Assembly: GCA_964571315.1 (NCBI GenBank)
Contig: CAZNBR010000001.1
Span: 1 to 60,456, forward strand
Source of the DNA: an uncultured Syntrophaceae bacterium
Lineage (GTDB): Bacteria; Desulfobacterota; Syntrophia; Syntrophales; UBA2210
Direction of reading: 5' to 3'
Length of the DNA: 60,456 nt
The notes under the pieces were generated by a model. That model did not search any database and was not told the origin of the DNA. It saw only the letters and a list, made by a program, of their open reading frames with translations. Made by a program: the position numbers and the translations under genes. Below are positions 1-8,557 of this stretch, piece after piece (positions within the stretch are counted from its first letter, which is position 1; every line of letters starts with the position of its first letter).

Positions 1-56
1 TGATCGATACGGGCAGGTTCGCCCTCACCCTCTTTGAAAAATACGGGGGAGAGAGG

Positions 57-1163
57 GTGCGCGTCTCTCTCGATGTAGAAAAACTGGAGGGGTGGGCCGA
101 GATCAAGGCGTGGTTTCTGAAGCTCACGCCCAAGAGCGAGCAGGATACGAAGCGCCTCCTGGAGGAGTTGCAGGAGGCGGGATCAAGCATATACCGGGTG
201 GAGCATGTCCGGGTTGCCGCCAGATATCTGGGGAAACAGAAAAAGAGCAATATCCGCCTGTGCGCGCGGTGCCGGGAGCTATTTCGGTCCGACACGGAGG
301 ATATCTGCCCCTTCTGTACGGGAGAAAAGACATATCTTTCACCCGCAAAGGGGGAGGAGCCTGCGGGAGTATGGCAGGAAAGCCCGTCCGAACCTTTCAT
401 CCACCGAGATGCACGTATGTTGTATGAGCAACTTCGCAACACATTTATCAAAATTGCCGGCGATCACGGTCTGCTGGATGAAGCGGTCGTGATAGAGTCA
501 TCGGTGCTGACACCGGCCGAGGCGATCGGCAGCCCGAACCGGAAGGATTTCCCGCTGCAGAAGGGGCGAGAGTTCCTGATGCAGGCCGAATTCATGGGCA
601 GCGAAGGCCAAGCGTACACCGATTCCCCTTCGCGCTTTCGCGGGAGCATACAGGAAATCGCTGATCTGGAACTCTCAAATCCCGGACAGAAGGCCCTCTT
701 TATCGCCGCCCTGAACGCCGTGGCGAGACACGTGCACCCCGATCTGAGAACCCTCCACTGCAAAAATGAAGGCCCGGAACTATGCGCGAGAAAAATTGCA
801 GAATATGTGCAGGACCTCGGCCCGCAATCCGTGGGGATGATCGGTCTGCAACCCGCCATCCTGGAGGCGCTGGTAGGGGCCATGGGTAAGGACCGTGTGC
901 GGTGTATCGACCGGGACGAAGAGAACCAGGGGCAGGTGAAGTATGGCATATCCATCGAGTGGGGGGATGACCGGGGACTGAAACATTTGTTTGAGAAAAG
1001 CGACCTTGTCCTGGCCACCGGATCCAGTGTCGCAAACGGATCACTCCCCGGGATCCTTTCTCTGTCCGCCGATACCGGAACGCCCGTGTACTTCTACGGC
1101 ACGACCATAGCGGGGACGGCACGGCTGATGGCTTTGAATCATCTCTGCTATGAATCACGGTAA
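57..1163 (+). CDS. DUF4213/DUF364-type Rossmann-like (putative metal-chelation) protein with an extra N-terminal zinc-ribbon-like module
   Basis: 368-aa ORF with a GTG start behind GGGGGAGAGAGG. The C-terminal two-thirds shows the family hallmarks as I remember them (AEAIGSPNRKDFPLQKGRE, LVLATGSSVANGSL, IGLQPAILEAL Rossmann start). The first ~110 aa are an additional module with CxxC-x11-CxxC (CARC...CPFC). Confidence 0.6.
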   Translation: MRVSLDVEKLEGWAEIKAWFLKLTPKSEQDTKRLLEELQEAGSSIYRVEHVRVAARYLGKQKKSNIRLCARCRELFRSDTEDICPFCTGEKTYLSPAKGEEPAGVWQESPSEPFIHRDARMLYEQLRNTFIKIAGDHGLLDEAVVIESSVLTPAEAIGSPNRKDFPLQKGREFLMQAEFMGSEGQAYTDSPSRFRGSIQEIADLELSNPGQKALFIAALNAVARHVHPDLRTLHCKNEGPELCARKIAEYVQDLGPQSVGMIGLQPAILEALVGAMGKDRVRCIDRDEENQGQVKYGISIEWGDDRGLKHLFEKSDLVLATGSSVANGSLPGILSLSADTGTPVYFYGTTIAGTARLMALNHLCYESR

Positions 1164-1176
1164 GGGGGGCTGCCTC

Positions 1177-2223
1177 ATGCACGCACGGTTACAATCAAAA
1201 GCTCTTCACGTTGTCCTGCTTCTGATACCGGCACTTATGTCTGTCCTGTTGTGGCGGCCCGCATATGGGGAAGACCGCCAAGACACCAATACCCCTTCGA
1301 TCAGTATCGCCGTCGAGTTTATGGATCATGCCGCCTGTGCCTACGTGGCGATGGAGAAGGGCTGGTTCACCAGTGCTGGTCTCAATATCCACGCCTACGA
1401 AAGCTACGAGACGGGGATGGCCCTGGCCGCAGCCTTGGCCAGGGGGGATATCCAGGCGGCGTACATATGTCTGGTACCGGCCATTAACGTATACAAAAAC
1501 GCGGGGGTACCGATACGGATCGTCTCGGGAACTCACCGGTACGGGTATGGGCTTGTAGTGAATCCGGACCTGATCAAAACCGTCAAGGATCTTGAAAACC
1601 CCTCGATACGTATCGGCTGTGTCAGGAAGGGCGGCGCCGTGGATGTCCTGATGCACAAGACGATCGATACCTACCACCTTGATGAGAAGAAGGTATTGAA
1701 GAATGTCCGGCGCATGAAGCCGTCTCGGCAGATCCTAGCGATGAAGACGGGCCAGCTCGACGCGGCCTTTCTGCCTGAACACTGGGCAACAATGGCCGAG
1801 CAGTACGGCGCGAAAATGCTGCTCACGAGCCGGGACATCTGGCCCGGCATGCAGGGGAGCGTCCTGGTCGTCAGAGAAGAACTGATCCAGGCCGATCCCG
1901 AGAGTGTGAGAAAGCTGGTGGCGGTGACACAGAAGGCAACGGACTGGATCAACCGGAACCAGGAAGAGACGGCACAGATACTGGCCCGGCAATTTTCCAT
2001 CGAGGCAGGGAAGTTTTCGCACAGCACTGCGGACGCGCGAAATAGCACAGTGGAGATTACACCGGAGGCCCTTCTCCGTTCAATGGAGAGAATCGAATTC
2101 CGTACGGATATCGACCCCGGCATGGTTCAGGATGTCATCAATTATATCGAGAGATTGGGCTACATACGGGATGGCGCCGACGCCCGATCGCTCCTTTCAG
2201 CACCCTTTGTGCGTAATGAATAA
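1177..2223 (+). CDS. ABC transporter periplasmic substrate-binding protein, NMT1/SsuA (NitT/TauT) type
   Basis: ATG at 1177 sits 7 nt after AAGGGGGG and just after the upstream stop (1161-1163). It has an N-terminal hydrophobic signal (LHVVLLLIPALMSVLL). Overall it resembles SsuA/NMT1-like binding proteins. Confidence 0.75.
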   Translation: MHARLQSKALHVVLLLIPALMSVLLWRPAYGEDRQDTNTPSISIAVEFMDHAACAYVAMEKGWFTSAGLNIHAYESYETGMALAAALARGDIQAAYICLVPAINVYKNAGVPIRIVSGTHRYGYGLVVNPDLIKTVKDLENPSIRIGCVRKGGAVDVLMHKTIDTYHLDEKKVLKNVRRMKPSRQILAMKTGQLDAAFLPEHWATMAEQYGAKMLLTSRDIWPGMQGSVLVVREELIQADPESVRKLVAVTQKATDWINRNQEETAQILARQFSIEAGKFSHSTADARNSTVEITPEALLRSMERIEFRTDIDPGMVQDVINYIERLGYIRDGADARSLLSAPFVRNE

Positions 2224-2968
2224 ATCAAGGTTCGTATCGGGAGTCATACCGGTGTTGGTTCTGGTGGGATTGTGGGAGGCAGTCGTACGCCTCCATCTCG
2301 CCCCCGGCGGTTTCTTCTTTCCCTCCTTTACCGAGGTGGTCCGGGAATTCTTTTCCCTTGCCTCAAACGGCGTCCTGGGGGAAAACTTCTTGCCCTCCCT
2401 GCTTCGGGTTCTCATCGGTTTCACGGCCGGTTCGTTATGCGGTTTTATCATCGGAACCCTTATGGGGTGGAAGAAGGTCGCCGAGAATGCCTTCGGCCCC
2501 GTCATCAGTCTGCTCTACCCGATACCCGCCCTCGGATGGCTCCCCCTTCTCATGCTCTGGATCGGCATCAACGAACTGCTGCCGATTGCCGTCATATTCA
2601 TTGCCTGCTTCTTCCCCGTCTGTTACAACACCATCACTGGCATCAAGGGGGTCGACAGCAATTACTTACGGGCCGCCCGAACCCTGGGCGCCACGGAATG
2701 GCACACCCTGACATACGTAATCATCCCTCTGGCGCTGCCCAACATCTTTACCGGGCTGAGACTCGTATCAGGGATGGCATGGCGGGTGATCATCGCCGCT
2801 GAAATGGTGGCGATCCCCACCGGCATCGGGAGTCTTCTCATGCAGGCGGAAAGCCTGATACGGGTCGATATTATCATCGTGTGCCTTATCATCCTCTCCG
2901 TCATGTGTTTTGTCTTCGAAAGATTCTTTATATATATGGAGCATAAAATGACCGCCCGGTGGAGATGA
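2216..2968 (+). CDS. ABC transporter permease (SsuC/TauC-like)
   Basis: Start overlaps the SBP stop (ATGAATAA, 2216-2223). It has multiple TM segments and an EAA-type loop (LRAARTLGATEWHTLTYVIIPLALPNI). Confidence 0.85.
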   Translation: MNKSRFVSGVIPVLVLVGLWEAVVRLHLAPGGFFFPSFTEVVREFFSLASNGVLGENFLPSLLRVLIGFTAGSLCGFIIGTLMGWKKVAENAFGPVISLLYPIPALGWLPLLMLWIGINELLPIAVIFIACFFPVCYNTITGIKGVDSNYLRAARTLGATEWHTLTYVIIPLALPNIFTGLRLVSGMAWRVIIAAEMVAIPTGIGSLLMQAESLIRVDIIIVCLIILSVMCFVFERFFIYMEHKMTARWR

Positions 2969-2969
2969 C

Positions 2970-4022
2970 ATGCCCGGTATCGAGCTGCGAGGGGTGAGCA
3001 ATTTCATCCTGCGCAACATTGATTTGAAGATTCATGACGGAGAATTCTTTGTCATTCTCGGCCCCAACGGGGCCGGGAAAACGACACTGCTGAATGTTAT
3101 TGCCGGTCTTATACAATACGAAGGCAGCGTCCTTTTTAACGGGACAAGGATCGACGGGCTGCCGCCGTACCGCCGGAATATCGGTTACGTCTTTCAGGAT
3201 CTGGCCCTGTTCCCCCACCTGAGCGTACTCGAGAATGTCGCCTTTGGTCTGAACGCGCAACAGCAAAGCGGAGAGGCCAGCGAGGGGCGAATCGACAGGC
3301 TACTGCACGATTGGGGAATTGGGAATATCGCGCACCGTTACATCGGCACGTTAAGCGGGGGGGAACGGCAAAAGGTGGCCATCGCACGGGCTCTGGCGAC
3401 GCAGCCACAGGCGCTGCTCCTTGACGAGCCCTTCACCAACCTTGACCGCGGAACATCCATCTATCTTCAGAGAGAGACCAAGGCGATACAGCAGAAACTG
3501 GGAATAACGACCGTCTGCGTGACACACAACCAGCGTGAGGCGGAAGAGATGGCCGGCAGGATAGCCGTTATGTATGACGGGGCTATCGAGCAGCTGTCGC
3601 GGCCGGAAGATGTCTTTTTCTCACCCGGGAGTAAGCGTGTTGCCGAATTTATCGGTTCACCCAATATCTTTCCCTGCGATACGCACCGGAGGCTTACACG
3701 AGGCCTGGCGGAAATCAGGAGCGGCGATCTGGCCATCGTTGTCCCCGACGATGGGGAGACGGTCCGGAAGGTGGCCATCCTGCCACGTGATGTCTATCTG
3801 TCAAAAAATCCCATCCCCGGTCCGGACATCAACAGATACACCGGCCGGATTGATCAGATGACTACCGCAATGGGCCACACCTTGATATGGTTGCGGATTG
3901 CCGGTCATGCCATCCTGGCCGAACAGCCGACGGAGGTTGCACAGCGGATGGGTCTCGCCGTCGGCGATCGTGTCCATGTCGCCCTGATGCTCAAGTGGAT
4001 CAAGGTGCTGTCCAAACCCTGA
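2970..4022 (+). CDS. ABC transporter ATP-binding protein with C-terminal TOBE-like regulatory domain (ModC/CysA/WtpC-like)
   Basis: Walker A GPNGAGKTT, signature LSGGERQKV, Walker B LLLDEP, H-loop VTHN. After AEFIGSPNIF there is a ~110-aa beta-rich C-terminal extension typical of TOBE domains. Confidence 0.85.
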   Translation: MPGIELRGVSNFILRNIDLKIHDGEFFVILGPNGAGKTTLLNVIAGLIQYEGSVLFNGTRIDGLPPYRRNIGYVFQDLALFPHLSVLENVAFGLNAQQQSGEASEGRIDRLLHDWGIGNIAHRYIGTLSGGERQKVAIARALATQPQALLLDEPFTNLDRGTSIYLQRETKAIQQKLGITTVCVTHNQREAEEMAGRIAVMYDGAIEQLSRPEDVFFSPGSKRVAEFIGSPNIFPCDTHRRLTRGLAEIRSGDLAIVVPDDGETVRKVAILPRDVYLSKNPIPGPDINRYTGRIDQMTTAMGHTLIWLRIAGHAILAEQPTEVAQRMGLAVGDRVHVALMLKWIKVLSKP

Positions 4023-4182
4023 CCGACACCATTGAAATGGCTTCGACAAGAAAAGAGGGCCTCTCAGCCCGTCGGAAGACGGTTCCCCCTCCACATACCT
4101 CCGTACTCTCTCACGGTAAGATCCTGCTACTCCCTGCAAGGGGGACATGCTCATCGTGAGCACCGCGGATTTTATTATTGCA

Positions 4183-4211
4183 TTGACATAAGATATCTCC
4201 GTCGATATATT
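4183..4211 (+). promoter_or_regulatory. sigma70-type promoter (TTGACA-17 nt-TATATT) for the rhodanese gene
   Basis: TTGACA at 4183-4188, a 17-nt spacer and TATATT at 4206-4211, within an AT-rich patch ~70 nt upstream of the ATG at 4278. Confidence 0.5.
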
Positions 4212-4277
4212 ACCAATAATTATAAAATTGGGATTGTGTTTCCTAATTCGTGTCCCTACATGAGAAAGGAGAGTTCT

Positions 4278-4730
4278 ATGACTATGTATAAAAGAATTAT
4301 AATTGTACTGGCCGTGCTGGCACTGGTGTTTTCCGCTGCAGGTGTTGCGACGGCCCAGCAGGATCCCACCGCTGCTATCGCAAAGGGGATGGTCGCTGCG
4401 GCGAAAGCGGCGGTGAAGAGTGTCTCCGCTGATGATCTGAAGGCCGCCATCGACAAGAAGGAGACGGCCATCGTCCTTGACGTCCGCGAACCGGGCGAAT
4501 TCGCCGCCGGGCACCTCCCCGGGGCGATCAACGTCCCCCGCGGACTCGTGGAGTTCACGATCTTCAAGAGCATCCCCGACCTGAACGCCAAGGTCTATGT
4601 CTACTGCAAAACATCAGGGCGATCCGCTCTTGCAACCAAGATACTGAATGATCTTGGTTACAAGAATGCCATCCTTGCCGATTTTCAGTATGCAGACTGG
4701 GTCAAGGCCGGCTATCCGGTAGAACGTTAA
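4278..4730 (+). CDS. secreted single-domain rhodanese / sulfurtransferase (Sud-like)
   Basis: AAGGAGAG RBS 5 nt before the ATG at 4278. Sec signal MTMYKRIIIVLAVLALVFSAAGVATAQ. Rhodanese active-site loop CKTSGRS. The mature protein is ~125 aa. Confidence 0.8.
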   Translation: MTMYKRIIIVLAVLALVFSAAGVATAQQDPTAAIAKGMVAAAKAAVKSVSADDLKAAIDKKETAIVLDVREPGEFAAGHLPGAINVPRGLVEFTIFKSIPDLNAKVYVYCKTSGRSALATKILNDLGYKNAILADFQYADWVKAGYPVER

Positions 4731-4742
4731 ATGAATTCTGTG

Positions 4743-4787
4743 GTGGGCGCCCGCAGAAAGAGTCTGCAGGCGCCCACATCCTTTTTT
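4743..4787 (+). terminator. rho-independent terminator or attenuator between the rhodanese gene and the oxidoreductase gene
   Basis: 13-bp GC-rich stem (GTGGGCGCC.GCAG / CTGC.GGCGCCCAC, one internal mismatch), a 7-nt loop, then ATCC plus T6 (4782-4787). Confidence 0.7.
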
Positions 4788-4815
4788 ACCCGATACGTAC
4801 CACCTCGAGGCGCGT

Positions 4816-7002
4816 ATGGAACAAAAACAATTTACAATCTCGCGCCGCAGCTTCCTGAAGGGGACCGCGGCCACGACGGTTGCCCTCTCCATGGGAACCC
4901 TGGATTTCCGGAACTGGGCCCAGGCGAGCGAGCAGGCCCCCGTCACACGGATTCCCACCCTCTGCAACGGATGCGGGAACCGGTGCGCCATCTTCGCTTT
5001 CGTAAAGAACGGCCGTATCTGGAGAATCGAGGGCAACAAGGAGGCCAACGGAAATCAGGGGGTGATCTGCCCGAAGGGACACGGGTATCTCCACGATCTC
5101 TACAACCCCAACCGGGTCCGCGGCCCCCTGAAGCGGGTCAACGGGCGCTTCGAGCCCATCTCCTGGGAGCAGGCATACAAAGAGATCGGGCAGAAGATCA
5201 ACATCCTCCTTCTGGACAACAGCCCCGACACGATCTTCTGGGTGAATTTTCCCCAGGCCAACCACGCATACGCCCTGCGGCTGATGCACGCCATAAGGAG
5301 CCCTCATTACTTCACCCATGGCTCCACCTGTTATACCGCCCGCAGCGCCGGATGGAATTTCACCACCGGCAAACTGCCGTCGAATGATCTGAAAAATGCC
5401 CGGTTCATCATGATCGTCGGCCGGAATCCCGCCGCCGGAATCGATCTGGGGCAGGTCAAGGATATCGTCAAGGCCCGGGAGAGAGGGGCTAAGCTGGTCG
5501 TTGTCGACCCCCGATGCAACGAGACGGCAATCCTAGCCGACGAGTGGCTCCCCGTAAAACCGGGGACCGATCTGGCGCTCCTGCTGGCGATGATCAACGT
5601 AATCGTCGAGGAGGAGCTCTACGATGCCGATTTTATCGAACAGCATACCGTCGGATTCAATCATCTGGAAGACGAGATTATCAACTATCCGCCCCAGTGG
5701 GCCGAGAAGATCTGCGACATCCCCGCCGAGACCATCGTCCGTATCGCCCGGCAGATGGCCGGGGAGAAACCCCGGGCGCTGGTGCATCGCGGTTACCACG
5801 GGGCCTTTGGCTCACAGTATCTGAACAGTTTTCAAACCGCCCGGGCCGTGGCAATCCTCAACAGCCTCATGGGGAACATCAACCACACCGGCGGCGTCTA
5901 CTTTTCCAAATCGGCCGAACTGGGGGAGCTGCAGCCAACACATCCCGTACCGGAAGGGCCGCTCGTGCCGAAGGCCGACGGGACGGGGATGCCCGGCCGG
6001 TATCCCCTGGGCGCTTACGGGGACGGAATCTCCCATGCCATCCCCGAGCTGGCCCTGCGCGGAAAACTGAAGTGCGGTTTTGTCTATCATAATAACCCCC
6101 TCCGGACGAATCCCAATCCCAAGCGGGTCATTGCCGGGTACAAGAAGCTGGAGCTCCTGGTGGTTATCGACCCCGTTCTGTCGGAAACTGCTTCCATCGC
6201 CCACTACGTCCTGCCCGCTTCATTCCACGTCGAGGCGGATGAGGCGGTGGATACCAAGCACGCGGGCAAGCGGGCCCAGGTCACCCTGCAGCAGAAGGCC
6301 GTGGAACCCCTCTTCGATACCCGCTCCGGATTTCAGATCATCACCGAACTCGGCAAGGCAATGGGAGTTGGCCGATATTTTAATTTCACCCTGGAAGAGG
6401 CCAACGAGCTGCGCCTGAAACCCCTGGGAGTTACACTGGCTGACCTGAAGGCCAAGGGGGTGCTGCCGGTTGGAGAACCCTGGGAAGAGGGATGCGGTAA
6501 GCTTGATACGCCGTCGGGAAAAGTGGAGATCTATTCCGCCACCCTGGAGGGACTCGGGTACCCGCCGATCCCCCGCTGGGAAGCGCCGCTGGTCTCGCCG
6601 GATGAAGAGGACCCTCATTCGTTCCGCCTCATCCACGGCAAGCAGGCCAACCACACCCATGCCATGACGGCTAATACGTCCTACCTGATGGCAATCAGTC
6701 ACCGTTACGATCTGATCCGCCTCTGGATGAATCGCGCCCGGGCTGAAAAGCTGGGTCTTGATGACGGAGACCTGGTGCAGCTTACATCCCTGGTCGGCGA
6801 GGGAAAGATCAGGGTCAGGCTGACGGAGGGGCTTCACCCATCCTGCGTCTGGCTTCCCAGCGGCTACGGGATATTCTCCAGGTATCTGACAACGGCCTAC
6901 GACCAGGGGGTGTCATACAATGATTTCCTCCCCACGCGGTTCGATCCGGCGGTTGGGCATGCCATGTCCTCGGAAATCATCGTAACCGTGAAAAAGGCCT
7001 GA
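4816..7002 (+). CDS. Tat-exported molybdopterin (bis-PGD) oxidoreductase catalytic subunit, PsrA/PhsA/SrrA-like
   Basis: Twin-arginine signal SRRSFLKGTAATTVALS. N-terminal Fe-S cysteine group CNGCGNRC...VICPKG. 728 aa with length and architecture of polysulfide/thiosulfate/tetrathionate-type CISM catalytic subunits. Confidence 0.85.
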   Translation: MEQKQFTISRRSFLKGTAATTVALSMGTLDFRNWAQASEQAPVTRIPTLCNGCGNRCAIFAFVKNGRIWRIEGNKEANGNQGVICPKGHGYLHDLYNPNRVRGPLKRVNGRFEPISWEQAYKEIGQKINILLLDNSPDTIFWVNFPQANHAYALRLMHAIRSPHYFTHGSTCYTARSAGWNFTTGKLPSNDLKNARFIMIVGRNPAAGIDLGQVKDIVKARERGAKLVVVDPRCNETAILADEWLPVKPGTDLALLLAMINVIVEEELYDADFIEQHTVGFNHLEDEIINYPPQWAEKICDIPAETIVRIARQMAGEKPRALVHRGYHGAFGSQYLNSFQTARAVAILNSLMGNINHTGGVYFSKSAELGELQPTHPVPEGPLVPKADGTGMPGRYPLGAYGDGISHAIPELALRGKLKCGFVYHNNPLRTNPNPKRVIAGYKKLELLVVIDPVLSETASIAHYVLPASFHVEADEAVDTKHAGKRAQVTLQQKAVEPLFDTRSGFQIITELGKAMGVGRYFNFTLEEANELRLKPLGVTLADLKAKGVLPVGEPWEEGCGKLDTPSGKVEIYSATLEGLGYPPIPRWEAPLVSPDEEDPHSFRLIHGKQANHTHAMTANTSYLMAISHRYDLIRLWMNRARAEKLGLDDGDLVQLTSLVGEGKIRVRLTEGLHPSCVWLPSGYGIFSRYLTTAYDQGVSYNDFLPTRFDPAVGHAMSSEIIVTVKKA

Positions 7003-7013
7003 GAGGGGATACT

Positions 7014-7559
7014 ATGCCGCGATACGCAATGGTCATTGACGAAACAAAATGCGTAGGCTGCTACGCCTGTCGCGTGGCCTGCCAGAACCAGAATCATCTG
7101 ACGCCGACCGCCGCGTACAATTTTCTGGATGAGCGGGAGTACGGCACCTTTCCCGACGTTCAGCGGGAGTTTCAACCGATACAGTGCCAGCACTGCGACA
7201 ACCCCCCCTGTGTTTCGGTGTGCCCCACAGGGGCCTCCTACAAGCGCACCGACGGGGTAGTCCTGGTGAACCCGACAGACTGCATCGGGTGCAAATACTG
7301 TATCGCCGCCTGTCCATACGACGTCCGTATCATCAACGAGAAGGGCTTCGTGGAGAAGTGCCGCTTCTGTATCGAATTCGTGGAAGAGGGGGGAGTCCCG
7401 GCTTGCGTGACGACCTGTATGACCGGTGTGCGCATCTTCGGCGACCTGGATGATCCCAAAAGCGAGATATCCCGGTATGTCGCAAAAAACCGCCACCACC
7501 TGCGGCACTTCAAGGGCGAACTGAACACAAAGCCCAGGATCTATTATCGGAAGGCCTGA
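7014..7559 (+). CDS. 4Fe-4S ferredoxin electron-transfer subunit (PsrB/DmsB-like)
   Basis: Four Cys clusters (CVGCYACRVAC, CQHCDNPPCVSVCP, CIGCKYCIAACP, CRFC...CVTTC). GAGAGGGG RBS. Confidence 0.9.
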   Translation: MPRYAMVIDETKCVGCYACRVACQNQNHLTPTAAYNFLDEREYGTFPDVQREFQPIQCQHCDNPPCVSVCPTGASYKRTDGVVLVNPTDCIGCKYCIAACPYDVRIINEKGFVEKCRFCIEFVEEGGVPACVTTCMTGVRIFGDLDDPKSEISRYVAKNRHHLRHFKGELNTKPRIYYRKA

Positions 7560-7564
7560 GATCA

Positions 7565-8209
7565 ATGACGAGACACGAGAAAGAGATCTTCTGCACCCTT
7601 GCCGCGTCGCTTCTGGCGCCGCCGGACGAGGGCCTGCTGGCCGATCTGGAACAGCAGGGACTTCGATTCTTTCTTGCCGAGTCCCTTGACGGGTGGGGAG
7701 AAAGACAGCAGGTGCTGACGGCTCTCCTCGGAAGACAAGGCCCGAAGAGGTCTCTGGCTGCCTTTCAAAAAGAATATCACCGTCTCTTCGGACCCTACCG
7801 GGGGAAGGCGGTCTCGCTGGTTGAATCGACGTATAAACCCTGGGCTAGTGACAAGAAGTGCGGTATGCTGTTCGCCGGATCGACGGGGCTTGTCATGGGA
7901 GACCCTGCGGTCCATCTCCTGAATGTGTACCGGGAGGTTTCTCTGGAGGTTCCGGAGGTCTTCCGCAGCACCCCCGATCACCTGATCCTGGAGTTCGAGT
8001 TCCTCGCCCTCCTCTATCGAGACGGAACCCCCGAACAGATTGATCGCTTCATCGCCGACCATCTCGACTGGATCCCGAATCTCAGAGAGGAGCTCGCGCT
8101 GGCCCGGCCGAAGCCTTTTTACCGAGGAGCGGTTGATCTGATCGATATATTTGTAAGGAACGAGCAGAAGCATATGAAAGGGAACCATGGACAGACGACA
8201 ATTCATTGA
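7565..8209 (+). CDS. TorD/DmsD-family redox-enzyme maturation chaperone
   Basis: 214 aa with the typical EYHRLF and DHLILEFEFLALLY segments. It sits inside the oxidoreductase operon. Confidence 0.7.
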   Translation: MTRHEKEIFCTLAASLLAPPDEGLLADLEQQGLRFFLAESLDGWGERQQVLTALLGRQGPKRSLAAFQKEYHRLFGPYRGKAVSLVESTYKPWASDKKCGMLFAGSTGLVMGDPAVHLLNVYREVSLEVPEVFRSTPDHLILEFEFLALLYRDGTPEQIDRFIADHLDWIPNLREELALARPKPFYRGAVDLIDIFVRNEQKHMKGNHGQTTIH

Positions 8210-8450
8210 ATACGGGGTGGGGGCCCTGGCCATTGGAATTGCGGCCCTCTTCGCCGGCTGCACCTCGGCGGAGACACCGCGGGTGCAGAGACTCGGCAAT
8301 GAGGATGTGCTCTGGAACGCCGCAGCGGCAACGGAAGAGACGAGCGAACCCCTGGAACTCGCCTATGCGAAGGATACCCCGTCCTTTTTTCGCGATGCAT
8401 CCTTCGGCAAGGTGGACCCCAATTTCACGCCCAAGATAGGGGGCGGGTGA
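8187..8450 (+). CDS. small (87 aa) protein with twin-arginine motif and lipobox; function unknown
   Basis: AAAGGGAA RBS. N-terminus MDRRQFIEYGVGALAIGIAALFAGC combines an RRxF motif with a lipobox Cys. It overlaps the 3' end of the chaperone gene by 23 nt. Confidence 0.45.
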   Translation: MDRRQFIEYGVGALAIGIAALFAGCTSAETPRVQRLGNEDVLWNAAAATEETSEPLELAYAKDTPSFFRDASFGKVDPNFTPKIGGG

Positions 8451-8557
8451 AGCTGATCCGGATTCGCCGTTGGCGAATCACGATGCGGATGATCACGTGC
8501 CAGTCCGATCTCGGATATTGGGTCAGAGGAGCACTATAGGCAACCAAGGAGTGGGAT

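Noticed and set aside
5989-6003. A PGRY motif in the catalytic subunit as a hint of an arsenate reductase (ArrA (R/K)GRY signature).
   Set aside because: The motif here lies around residue 395, far from the N-proximal position I recall for ArrA. A four-residue match at the wrong position is not evidence.
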